This document shows, piece by piece, positions 51,493 to 59,918 of a DNA stretch of 64,000 bases. The DNA comes from Spirochaetota bacterium. GTDB taxonomy: Bacteria > Spirochaetota > UBA4802 > JAFGJZ01. Both the position numbers and the translations under genes were made by a program. The stretch lies in the NCBI GenBank assembly GCA_035395685.1, contig DAOPBR010000002.1:84488-148487 (forward strand), given 5' to 3'. The notes below the pieces were generated by a model, which saw nothing but the letters and a program-made list of their open reading frames with translations, did not search any database and was not told the origin of the DNA. Every line of letters begins with the position of its first letter. Position 1 is the first letter of the stretch.

Positions 51493-51822
51493 AACTCACC
51501 TTAAAATCATTATTTTTGAAACTGAATCAGAACCGTTGTTTTTCCGCATTTAATAGAAGAAAAGCCTAAAACAGCCCAGTCAAAGACATAGGATTAAAAG
51601 GAAGCGCGGTATTCAACAATAAAAACTAAGTTTTATATCTTTTTTGATTTTGTTATGTAAAATCCACATTTTGATGTCATATTTTCGTTTTTTTGCCAAT
51701 ATTCGCCATTAATGAGACCTAATAATCATTAAAGGATTATTCAATAACACCGACTCTTTATATGACAATAAGGAATTCTCAGTTATCACGGATGATAACG
51801 GTAATATTCAAGGAGGAATAGA

Positions 51823-52671
51823 ATGATTATCAATCACAACGTCAGCGCGATTTTCGCACATCGCACACTCAAGTTTCACGACTGGAGTCTCACTTCTGAT
51901 ATCGAAAAACTTTCATCAGGCTTGAGAATCAATAAGGCCGGCGATGACGCGTCCGGACTTGCAGTATCTGAAAAAATGAGATCACAGATTCAGGGACTTC
52001 GTCAGGCTGAAAGAAACACAGAAGACGGCATGAGTCTTATACAGACTGCGGAAGGATATCTTGAGGAAACTCACGGAATCATTCAGCGTATACGTGTTCT
52101 TGCGGTGCAGGCGGCAAACGGTATTTATACACCTGAAGACCGTCAGCTGATTCAGGTTGAAGTATCCGAACTTATCGATGAAGTAGACCGTATTTCATCA
52201 CAGGCCGAGTTCAACAAGATGAAACTGTTGACAGGTTCGTTTGCAAGACTCAGACCAACCGCTTCAATGTGGTTCCATATGGGTCCGAACATGCACCAGA
52301 GAGAAAGAGTATTTATCGAGACAATGACTACAGCGGCACTAGGACTCAGAAACCCTACAACGCTTACATTTATATCGATCTCGACTCCGGGCAAAGCAAA
52401 CAGCGTAATAGGACTCGCGGACGAAGCTCTTAGAATTATATCAAAACAGAGAGCGGATCTTGGAGCATATTACAACAGACTCGAACATGCAGCGAAAGGA
52501 TTGATGAACGCGTACGAAAATACACAGGCATCAGAATCCCGCATCAGAGACACAGACATGGCAGAGCAGATGTCTTCATTCACAAGATATCAGATACTCC
52601 AGCAGGCTGCGACATCGATGCTCGCACAGGCGAATCAGAAGAGCCAGGGAGTGCTCAGACTGTTACAGTAA
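51823..52671 (+). CDS. flaB: Flagellin FlaB (periplasmic flagellar filament core protein), copy 2
   Basis: [87 protein letters not shown]. About 70% identical to copy 1. A GGAGG RBS lies upstream. Confidence 0.95.
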   Translation: MIINHNVSAIFAHRTLKFHDWSLTSDIEKLSSGLRINKAGDDASGLAVSEKMRSQIQGLRQAERNTEDGMSLIQTAEGYLEETHGIIQRIRVLAVQAANGIYTPEDRQLIQVEVSELIDEVDRISSQAEFNKMKLLTGSFARLRPTASMWFHMGPNMHQRERVFIETMTTAALGLRNPTTLTFISISTPGKANSVIGLADEALRIISKQRADLGAYYNRLEHAAKGLMNAYENTQASESRIRDTDMAEQMSSFTRYQILQQAATSMLAQANQKSQGVLRLLQ

Positions 52672-52713
52672 ACAAATTAAATTTTGGCTTGAGCCAATTT
52701 CGCAATACCACAA

Positions 52714-52760
52714 CCAAAAAAGCCGGACATCCCATCCGGCTTTTTTATGTTGAGAGGGGG
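52714..52760 (+). terminator. flaB-2 rho-independent terminator (agccgga-catccca-tccggct plus T-run), which is also the left copy of an about 47-bp direct repeat flanking the R-M cassette
   Basis: Perfect 7-bp stem followed by TTTTTT. The same ggacatccc.tc.ggct.tttta..tt.gag.aggg string recurs at 55117-55166. Confidence 0.65.
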
Positions 52761-52801
52761 ATGAAAATGGGAGACAAATAGAACATTTAGAATTTAAGCA
52801 A

Positions 52802-53875
52802 TCAAGCCATTACGCTTATCTTCTCTTCATCTAAAAACTCTTCCGTTGATAAAGTATGCGATAAAGTAATCTTTTTATTCTTAAACAACTTAGAAATATC
52901 TTTTTCAATTTTTTTTGCTAAATGATATGCCAAATTAACCGGAACAGCATTCCCAATCATTTTATATCCTGCTGTCAAATTATTGTATTTGAACACAAAG
53001 CTGTCTGGAAAAGTTTGTATCCGAGCACATTCACGAATACTTAATCTTCTGTATAAATGCTCTTGTCCTGGAGAAAATATTCTTTTATTCTGTTCAACAA
53101 AAACCATTTTGGGAGCTTGCGGATGTAAAGGAGCATGCCTTCCACCAGCTTGGATGGTAAACGAAACTTCATCCCAAGATCTCACTCTATTGCGAGACAT
53201 GAAAATCGTAGAGAAACCTCCAGTCATATATTCATGATTAGGAATAACGCATTTATTTCCATTCGTTTTTTGGAGAGAAAGCGCCGGTAAAGCATTATCC
53301 TTTAAATCATAAATGACATCTTTAAGAAGAACTTTATCGTGTTCAGTAATTGGTTCTGGAAAATTAAATTCTATTCCCAGATCAGAGCGATAACCAATAA
53401 AGAAAACTCGTTTTCTATCCTGTGGTACTCCATAATCTGATGCATTCAGAAGAGCGAATGATAAATTATAACCGCTTTCAACAAACATTTCTTTAATATT
53501 TTGCAATGCCTTACCATGTGTTGGCAACAACATTCCAGATACATTTTCAGCTAAAAAAAACAATGGTTTTTTATCACGCAAAATTCTGATAAAATCAAAA
53601 AACAATTGTCCTCTTTTATCATTAATTCCTCGAAGAGCGCCTGCTTCACTCCAACTTTGACAAGGTGGACCTCCAATAATACCGATGCATTCAGGAATTT
53701 CATTAGATGAAATTTCCGTTATACTTCTTTTATCTAAAATTGTTTTTTTATGATTAGCTTCAAATGTTTCCCATATTTCTTTGTCATATTCATTAGCCCA
53801 GACAATATTAAATCCAGCTTTTTGGAAACCTAAATCAAGTCCACCCGCTCCTGAAAAAAAAGAAACAATATTCAT
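52802..53875 (-). CDS. DNA (cytosine-5) methyltransferase, M.HaeIII-like (predicted GGCC specificity)
   Basis: Motif [12 protein letters not shown], motif [11 protein letters not shown], motif VI ENV, motif [16 protein letters not shown]-terminal variable region (..[41 protein letters not shown]..) resembles M.HaeIII/M.NgoPII as recalled. GGCC specificity is not verified. Confidence 0.9.
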   Translation of the reverse strand: MNIVSFFSGAGGLDLGFQKAGFNIVWANEYDKEIWETFEANHKKTILDKRSITEISSNEIPECIGIIGGPPCQSWSEAGALRGINDKRGQLFFDFIRILRDKKPLFFLAENVSGMLLPTHGKALQNIKEMFVESGYNLSFALLNASDYGVPQDRKRVFFIGYRSDLGIEFNFPEPITEHDKVLLKDVIYDLKDNALPALSLQKTNGNKCVIPNHEYMTGGFSTIFMSRNRVRSWDEVSFTIQAGGRHAPLHPQAPKMVFVEQNKRIFSPGQEHLYRRLSIRECARIQTFPDSFVFKYNNLTAGYKMIGNAVPVNLAYHLAKKIEKDISKLFKNKKITLSHTLSTEEFLDEEKISVMA

Positions 53876-53885
53876 TTATTTCTCC

Positions 53886-54872
53886 CTAAATTGTATTAAC
53901 CGATAAAGTATTCTTAAAAAGAGTATGAGGCGCACTTAGCAAATTGATGTCAAATTTTAATGATGGCTCAATTCTTGAACTGGCATTATGTATTCGAAAA
54001 GAAAGCTCCCAACCTTTATTAAATTTTACAATTATAGTTGTTAAAGAATTCTCTTTAAACTGAACATCTATAATCTGATCAGGTAGCCCGACAATGGGCG
54101 TAACAAATTTTGGAAACTTATCCTTAAAAGGCAAATTTAAAGTACCATGCAGATTAAAAGCTTGAATTTCAATATGATTCGTACTTCTTATAACTTTATA
54201 AAAATCTTTGTTACCAACTAAATATTCTATCATTCTTGAAGCTACTTGTTTTTTATTCATACTATATAATTTCAACAACTCATTTCGGAATGCTTCCAAA
54301 ATCGGCTTATATATTGATTCATGGTAATTGCCTAGCGTATCCCATTTCTGAGTGGATTTACTATCTATCTTAATTTTCTTTAACAAATCAAAAACCGGAG
54401 CTACATTTTCAAAATACTCTGATGAGCAATTAACACCAAGCCATTTATCGCCAAAATCTATATCATTAGATAAACGCGAATGCTTTACTGCGTGATGATT
54501 ATTTTTTGCAGATATGCCAATTTCCCATTTTTGCATTAGACGAATCGCAAGAACATCTCTTACATCACCTTCTTGCCCATGATTATCTGTCAATATTTCA
54601 AGTTGAAGCAAGTCCTTTTTATTTATACCATTTGAAAGACGAGGTTCAATATCAATCATAAAATTGACAGCAAAACTTGCACTTAATAAATAACGACTCT
54701 TTTCATTTTTATCGATACGGCTAAAACATTCTTCGGCAGTTATATACGCGGCGTTCTCAATAACTTGAACAGTAGTTTCTTTGGATAACTTCTCAAAAAA
54801 TTCTTTCAACAAAGCATATTCAAATGCTTTTCCACTTATCATTTGTTTTGAATTTTCAATCATGGATAACAC
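53886..54872 (-). CDS. Putative type II restriction endonuclease partnered with the m5C methyltransferase (HaeIII-type suspected)
   Basis: 328-aa ORF 10 bp upstream of the methyltransferase gene on the same strand. Size and context fit R.HaeIII-like enzymes. No motif was independently recognised. Confidence 0.5.
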   Translation of the reverse strand: MLSMIENSKQMISGKAFEYALLKEFFEKLSKETTVQVIENAAYITAEECFSRIDKNEKSRYLLSASFAVNFMIDIEPRLSNGINKKDLLQLEILTDNHGQEGDVRDVLAIRLMQKWEIGISAKNNHHAVKHSRLSNDIDFGDKWLGVNCSSEYFENVAPVFDLLKKIKIDSKSTQKWDTLGNYHESIYKPILEAFRNELLKLYSMNKKQVASRMIEYLVGNKDFYKVIRSTNHIEIQAFNLHGTLNLPFKDKFPKFVTPIVGLPDQIIDVQFKENSLTTIIVKFNKGWELSFRIHNASSRIEPSLKFDINLLSAPHTLFKNTLSVNTI

Positions 54873-55116
54873 CTATAATTTGTTGAGAGTCAAATCCTCT
54901 TAACTTATTACAAACCATCGCTATCATCGTCAATACTAAAACCATGAACAAAGAACATGTTCGTCATAGTAATTTATAAACAAGAAAATTCTCACCAGTA
55001 ACCTCTCAGCGCCAAATTACTCGAATACTTTACAAAGGATATAACGTATTTTAGAAATTAATTATCAATATAACTTTTTTTTTGCAATCCGTTGAAAGCG
55101 GTCTGAAAATCAAGGC

Positions 55117-55166
55117 GAAAAAGGTGGACATCCCGTCAGGCTGTTTTACATTATTGAGGAGAGGGA
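55117..55166 (+). repeat. Right, degenerate copy of the flaB-terminator-derived direct repeat (R-M cassette boundary)
   Basis: gaaaaaggtggacatcccgtcaggctgttttacattattgaggagaggg matches 52714-52760 at about 70% identity. The stem complementarity is lost in this copy. Confidence 0.5.
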
Positions 55167-55260
55167 AATTAGAACAGGGGTCAGTCCGAGATAGTTATTT
55201 CCTCAAAAAAAGAAAGCTTCTATATTGAATCATTTCGTATTATATAAGATGGATAACATT

Positions 55261-55773
55261 TTAATTATCCTTTTCTGGAATAATCGAAGCTAAATCATCT
55301 TCAACATCAATTCCATATAAAGTTGCAATTTGAGCAACCATGATACCAAAATTACCTCTTAATTCTCCTAACGCAGAAGCAAAAGTCCAACTTGCCCAAT
55401 GACCCCAACTCCTTGCATTATCCATGAATCTATTATCTTCAATATTCATTTTATCAAGAAATTTCCTACAGGATATACGCATAGCTTTAACTGGATCATA
55501 CAGTTTTGATTTATTAGACAAACTTTGCAATTCCGTAGTTAAAAATTTACGAATTTCAATAATGGATTGAACACAGTGGTTGGGCACTTCCATTTCGCTC
55601 GGACTATATAAAACCCTGCGATCTTCGAGAAAACGAATAATCCGTTTTGCAATATTACATTCTGCCTCTGATGGATTCCAAGAAATTCCAAATACAGAAC
55701 AATTAATTCCGGTTATTCTTTCTCTGATTTCTGAAAATTTCATAATCATTCCTAAATCAAAATTTCTATCCAT
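55261..55773 (-). CDS. Hypothetical protein, orphan 170-aa ORF in the accessory island
   Basis: Clean ORF with its own 330-bp AT-rich upstream region. No recognisable motif (it lacks the Vsr, HTH and PIN signatures that were checked). Confidence 0.5.
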   Translation of the reverse strand: MDRNFDLGMIMKFSEIRERITGINCSVFGISWNPSEAECNIAKRIIRFLEDRRVLYSPSEMEVPNHCVQSIIEIRKFLTTELQSLSNKSKLYDPVKAMRISCRKFLDKMNIEDNRFMDNARSWGHWASWTFASALGELRGNFGIMVAQIATLYGIDVEDDLASIIPEKDN

Positions 55774-56099
55774 TTATCCTAAACATAGATGATACTTCTG
55801 TCACATACTCCACCAAAAATCTAATAATACACGAAGCTAAACCTATAAAATGTTTCAATCTCGCTTCTTTTGTTTTTTCATTTTAAAGTTGCGAACTGTT
55901 CAGCTTTAACCGATGAACACCCTAAGATCTTCCACTCAATGATTATTATGATCTTTATGCATAATGTTTTCATGAATGTCAAATCCAAAATAATCCAACT
56001 GTCACAGAAAAAATTACGCGTATGCTGAGCGCAGCGAATAAACGCGTAATGATATTATAAAATGAATGATTTCTAAAATCAAGAAAGTGCGCTAAGCAC

Positions 56100-56337
56100 T
56101 TCAAATAAAGACGGATGATAGCAATAACACCAAAACCGTCCGACGCAGTCGGACACCAAATAAGCGCAGATTATCGCAGTCATTTCGAAGAAATGCGCGA
56201 TAGTTCTGTCGCGACAAGCCCCGCGCAGCGGTGCCCTTTTCTTTCGCCGAATTTCTTTTGGGCACGCAAAAGAAATCGGCAAACGGATTTAAAAGGTGCG
56301 AAGCACCTTTTGTGTCTCGCATGACACCATGCGAAAC
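56100..56337. repeat. GC-rich, hairpin-dense mosaic element abutting the mazF stop codon
   Basis: Hairpins aaaaggtgc-gaa-gcacctttt (56291-56311), tcgcatg-acacc-catgcga (56317-56334, 3 nt from the mazF stop), gccgaatttctttt...aaaagaaatcggc, and gtccgac-gca-gtcggac (56137-56153). These modules are shared with the element at 57105-57488. Confidence 0.7.
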
Positions 56338-56661
56338 TTATTCTACCAACATTTCTTTAATAACTGCTTTGATCTTCGTGATCGTTTTCTTGTCAAGTTT
56401 ACCTAATTTTTTAATTATTCTTACTTTGTCTATCGTTCTAATCTGATCTATAACTATCCATCCATCCTTCAAATTAAAATTTGTCTTAACACGGGATGGA
56501 TAGTCATGTCCTTTTGTTGTCATTGGCGCAATGATTATTGTTGAAATATTATGATTCATTTCATTCGGCGAAATTACGGTACATGGCCGGCTTTTTTTAA
56601 TTTCATGACCGACTGTTGGGTCAAGATTTACCAACACAACATCATATTGATCTATTACCAT
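56338..56661 (-). CDS. mazF: MazF/PemK-family endoribonuclease toxin
   Basis: ..YDVVLVNLDPTVGHEIKKSRPCTVISPNEMN..STIIIAPMTT.. typical PemK/MazF fold. 7-bp overlap with the upstream antitoxin gene. Confidence 0.85.
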   Translation of the reverse strand: MVIDQYDVVLVNLDPTVGHEIKKSRPCTVISPNEMNHNISTIIIAPMTTKGHDYPSRVKTNFNLKDGWIVIDQIRTIDKVRIIKKLGKLDKKTITKIKAVIKEMLVE

Positions 56662-56924
56662 TCGAAATCTTCCTGCTCAATATCCAATGAATCATCAATA
56701 AGCAAAGAGTCGTGTTTATTTTCAGACATTTCTTTGAACTTTTTCGACCATTCTCTTCTGGGTGTTTCTTTTACAGGAATAATAATGATTTTCTGATTTT
56801 CAATCTTCATTTCAACTTCTGTTCCGATATGACATTGTGATAGAACTGAAGAAGGTATTCGTATCCCCTTTGAGTTTCCTATTTGTACAATATTGACTTT
56901 CATAATGAATAACCTATCGATCAT
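56655..56924 (-). CDS. mazE: MazE/AbrB-type (SpoVT/AbrB fold) antitoxin
   Basis: MKVNIVQIGNSKGIRIPSSVL.. swapped-hairpin AbrB N-terminus with an acidic C-tail. Confidence 0.8.
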   Translation of the reverse strand: MIDRLFIMKVNIVQIGNSKGIRIPSSVLSQCHIGTEVEMKIENQKIIIIPVKETPRREWSKKFKEMSENKHDSLLIDDSLDIEQEDFEW

Positions 56925-57104
56925 TTAACGTAATCACAATATAGTTACATGTCAACTGTTTAATTTCTTCAAATCAACTCTTCCCCTAACCTCATTCCGC
57001 CGCATTCGAACAAACCAAAATCAATGCAAGATTAAATCGCCATAAAATATACCGCTTCATAACGATTGAAATCTGCATGCTTAGTGATTACAGAAATTTC
57101 AAAT

Positions 57105-57488
57105 CTAAAAACAAACCGCCTGGCGTGGGGAAAAGATGAATGAAAACAAAATCATTAAAACGTCCGACGCAGTCGGACACTAAGGCGGTAGGAGAACCGC
57201 CACCGAGGCGCTTCACAAGCAAACAGGAAGTTTGCACAAAGCGCCTCGCAACGGGCGACCGCAGCATCCGGCAAAGCCGGTGCGAGGAATTCGCCCGACA
57301 AAAGCCAGGAGTGGGATCTCAAAGGGATGAGGAGCGGCGACTGAGCTCCTCGTCCCTTTGAATATTCTCGCATGATCCATGCGAAACCGGATTACAAAGG
57401 CGAAGCCTTTGACAACAAGTCCGGTGACCGGACAAATCGGATTTAAAAGGTGCTCTGCACCTTTTATGTATCACATGACACCATGTAA
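57105..57488. repeat. GC-rich, hairpin-dense mosaic element abutting the vapC stop codon
   Basis: aaaaggtgc-tct-gcacctttt (57445-57465); tcgcatg-atc-catgcga; caaaggc-gaa-gcctttg; gtccgg-tga-ccggac; a long stem aagggatgaggagc...gctcctcgtccctt; gaggcgctt...aagcgcctc (57205-57247) enclosing gcaaac..gtttgc; gtccgac-gca-gtcggac (57162-57178); and the aaaacaaaccgccWggYgtgg module (57107-57134). Confidence 0.7.
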
Positions 57489-57887
57489 TTAAACCCAGTT
57501 CTCCATTCTCAATTTCTTAACCTTTGAAAATTCCTTCAAATTATTAGAAACCAAAATTAAATCTAACGATATTGCCTGTGCCGCTAATAAATAATCCATC
57601 GCTCCGATCGGTTGACCGGATTTTTCCAAGTCCGATCTGATAATCCCATATTCTTTTGCCGCTTTAAAATCATAATCAATCAATTTAAACGGCAACAGGA
57701 ATTCAATTAATGCAATTCGGCTGTTATCAGGATTTTTACTTTTATTGATGCCGTATTCGAGTTCCGAAACCGTAATTGAAGATATGGCAATATCGTCTAT
57801 TTCATAATTCGACAACCGCTGTATAACAGAAACGGGTCTTTTATTGATAATATAAATACATATGTTTGTATCAAGAAGATACTTCAT
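57489..57887 (-). CDS. vapC: VapC PIN-domain ribonuclease toxin
   Basis: MKYLLDTNICIY.. with the conserved PIN acidic residues (D6, E42-like SSITVSELEYG, D-containing C-terminal region). Confidence 0.85.
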   Translation of the reverse strand: MKYLLDTNICIYIINKRPVSVIQRLSNYEIDDIAISSITVSELEYGINKSKNPDNSRIALIEFLLPFKLIDYDFKAAKEYGIIRSDLEKSGQPIGAMDYLLAAQAISLDLILVSNNLKEFSKVKKLRMENWV

Positions 57888-58129
57888 TCGATAATTTCTC
57901 TCGCTTCAATGGCCGGCTGAATCCGTTCAGACATAAAATTTTCAGGAAACTTCTCCAGACTTTTTGAAAAATTATCCCAAACTTTATCTTTCGGTATAAG
58001 AATAACCATATCATCAATCCGTTTAACAAATACAGATTCGGTTAAAAATCTATATTCCTTTGGCAATCTTACGGCCTGACTCCTTCCGGTTGTAAATATT
58101 TTTGCTGCGTCCATATAATTATCCCCCAT
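57884..58129 (-). CDS. vapB: VapB (VagC/AbrB-type) antitoxin
   Basis: ..TTGRSQAVRLPKEYRF.. SpoVT/AbrB motif. 4-bp overlap with vapC. Confidence 0.8.
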   Translation of the reverse strand: MGDNYMDAAKIFTTGRSQAVRLPKEYRFLTESVFVKRIDDMVILIPKDKVWDNFSKSLEKFPENFMSERIQPAIEAREIIE

Positions 58130-58283
58130 TCATCTGATAGATATCATGATACATATCTTTTGACAAAGTATCAAGTCTTTTTTTAACATTGAATTAAGTG
58201 ATGAGAATGGATTGTTGAAATGTTAGGCGGTAATTGCAGAAAAACAATTCGTCATCATCAGATGATTTATTGAATGCCGAATC

Positions 58284-59320
58284 AAAAACAAACCGCCAGG
58301 TGTGGAAAAAAAATACGTGCGCCCTCACCTCGGCTCCTGTAAAATTTACTCACAAATTCAGTGTCCCATTGCTTTATCTCCGCGAACTTCCTGTTCGCTC
58401 CGAATGCAACTTTAAATCAATTTAACACCTATATCTCCGAGGTAACGCTTGCGTTCTCCTGCTGCGGACTTCGTCCGCCTCGCAGGCAGTCGGAACGATC
58501 CCGACAATCGAGACGCTTCCCTCGCAAACTGCTCGACTCTTTTTGTGCCGTCCTGGCACAGAGTCTCGTTGCCATCATCGTGATGGCTCAAAGTTTGCAC
58601 AAAAGCGTCTCGACAGTTTCCGCCTCCGTGCGTTAGAGCATTTATGCTTGAATACAATTGTTGCTTTTTCTCAACGGTCATCCTTGACCGTTTCGATTAT
58701 ATCAATAATGCCAATTATCACCTCAAACTATGCGGTAACGCTTGCGGTCTCCCGCTATGGACTTCGTCCATAGCGGGCAATGTTTCCGCCTCCGTGCGGA
58801 TTTACTCACAAATTCAGTATACCATTGCTTTATCTCCGCGAACTTCCTGTTCGCTCCGGATACAACATCAAATTGATTTATCACCTCAAACTATGCGGTA
58901 ACGCTTGCGTTCTCCTGCTGCGGACTTCGTCCATCTCGCAGGCAGTCGGAACGATCCCGACAATCGAGACGCTTCCCTCGCAAACAGGAGGTTTGCACAA
59001 AAGCGTCTCGACAGTTTCTACTCCTCGGCGCGTTTGCCGTCCTGGCCGCGCCTCATTGCCGGAAGGAATCCGGCAACAAATCGCAACTTGTCGTCACGGA
59101 GGACGACACAAAGCGATTTGCAATGCACATCCTGTGCAAGCGCCTGCGGATTTGCTAATGACTTCAATCAAATGATTCGTTATCTCCGCGAACTTCCTGT
59201 TCGCTCCGAATGTAACTTTAAATCAATTTAACACCTATATCTCCGAGGTAACGCTTGCGTTCTCCTGCTGCGGACTCCGTCCGCCTCGCAGGCAATGTTT
59301 CCGCCTCCGTGCGGAAACTG
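58284..59320. repeat. ORF-less tandem array of the mosaic hairpin repeat family: about 2.3 copies of a 460-bp composite unit plus partial modules
   Basis: A unit of about 145 nt starts at 58343, 58803 and (5'-truncated) 59176. Each copy is followed by modules agtcggaacgatcccgacaatcgagacgcttccctcgcaaac (58487, 58947), gtttgcacaaaagcgtctcgacagtttc (58589, 58994) and gtttccgc-ctccgt-gcggaaac (58781, 59297-59318). A unique 60-nt insert occupies 58529-58588. A leader module aaaacaaaccgccaggtgtgg lies at 58284-58310. The ORFs the caller reports inside the array are artefacts of GC-rich repeats. Confidence 0.75.
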
Positions 59321-59387
59321 ATTGACAATATCTGCCTATAATTTGTGCTTATCCCAAATACTTCATAATTTCCGGAGGAACCGAACC

Positions 59388-59918
59388 ATGCCCCAAATAG
59401 GAATAATTCTCGGCAGCGATTCCGATCTCCCTAAAATCAGACAGTGCCCTGAAATTCTCGATAAATTCGGTGTCAGTTTTGAGATCATCTTCTCATCTGC
59501 TCACCGCACACCAGAACAGACCAAAGAATGGGTTGAAAGCGCGCGTTCACGCGGCATCAAAGTAATCATCGCCGCTGCAGGCGGCGCGGCGCATCTTCCT
59601 GGTGTTTGCGCGGCTCACACCACCCTTCCGATTGTCGGAATTCCGATTGAATCTCCGGTATCGGGCGGTCTCGATTCCATTCTCTCAATAATTCAGATGC
59701 CGTCCGGAATTCCGGTAGCTGCGATGCCGGCAGGTAAAGCGGGTGGAGCAAACTCGGCGCTTTTCGCTTTATCAATTCTTTCGGTTTCCGACTCTTCGAT
59801 TGCCGAAAAACTCGCGGCATACCGCGAAGAAATGAAAACTGAAATCAAAAAGAAAAATGATCTTTTAAATGAAAAAGGCTACAAAGAATATATTGATTCA
59901 CTCGGAGTTAAAAAATGA
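59388..59918 (+). CDS. purE: N5-carboxyaminoimidazole ribonucleotide mutase
   Basis: [34 protein letters not shown].. canonical PurE. The start is reassigned to ATG 59388, preceded by GGAGGA. Confidence 0.9.
   Translation: MPQIGIILGSDSDLPKIRQCPEILDKFGVSFEIIFSSAHRTPEQTKEWVESARSRGIKVIIAAAGGAAHLPGVCAAHTTLPIVGIPIESPVSGGLDSILSIIQMPSGIPVAAMPAGKAGGANSALFALSILSVSDSSIAEKLAAYREEMKTEIKKKNDLLNEKGYKEYIDSLGVKK

Noticed and set aside
51493-51822. Sigma-28 (FliA-type) promoters upstream of the two flaB genes
   Set aside because: Looked for TAAA-N15-GCCGATAA. Only weak partial matches were found (aacggcatatat; cacggatgataacgg), not convincing without a computed scan.
55261-55773. Vsr very-short-patch repair endonuclease, a common neighbour of m5C methyltransferases
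   Set aside because: The ORF lacks the FxxGCFWHxH and VWEC motifs of Vsr. Its size fits, but there is no motif support.
58284-59320. Possible CRISPR array, given repeated units with intervening unique sequence
   Set aside because: The repeat units are long (about 145 nt and composite), not identical, and shuffled rather than periodic. The 'spacers' are themselves repeated modules of unequal length. There are no cas genes in the window.
52802-59320. Prophage or integrative element with an integrase
   Set aside because: No tyrosine or serine recombinase, transposase, or phage structural or replication gene is present anywhere in the window. Only R-M, TA and one orphan ORF occur, so the mobility machinery, if any, is encoded elsewhere.
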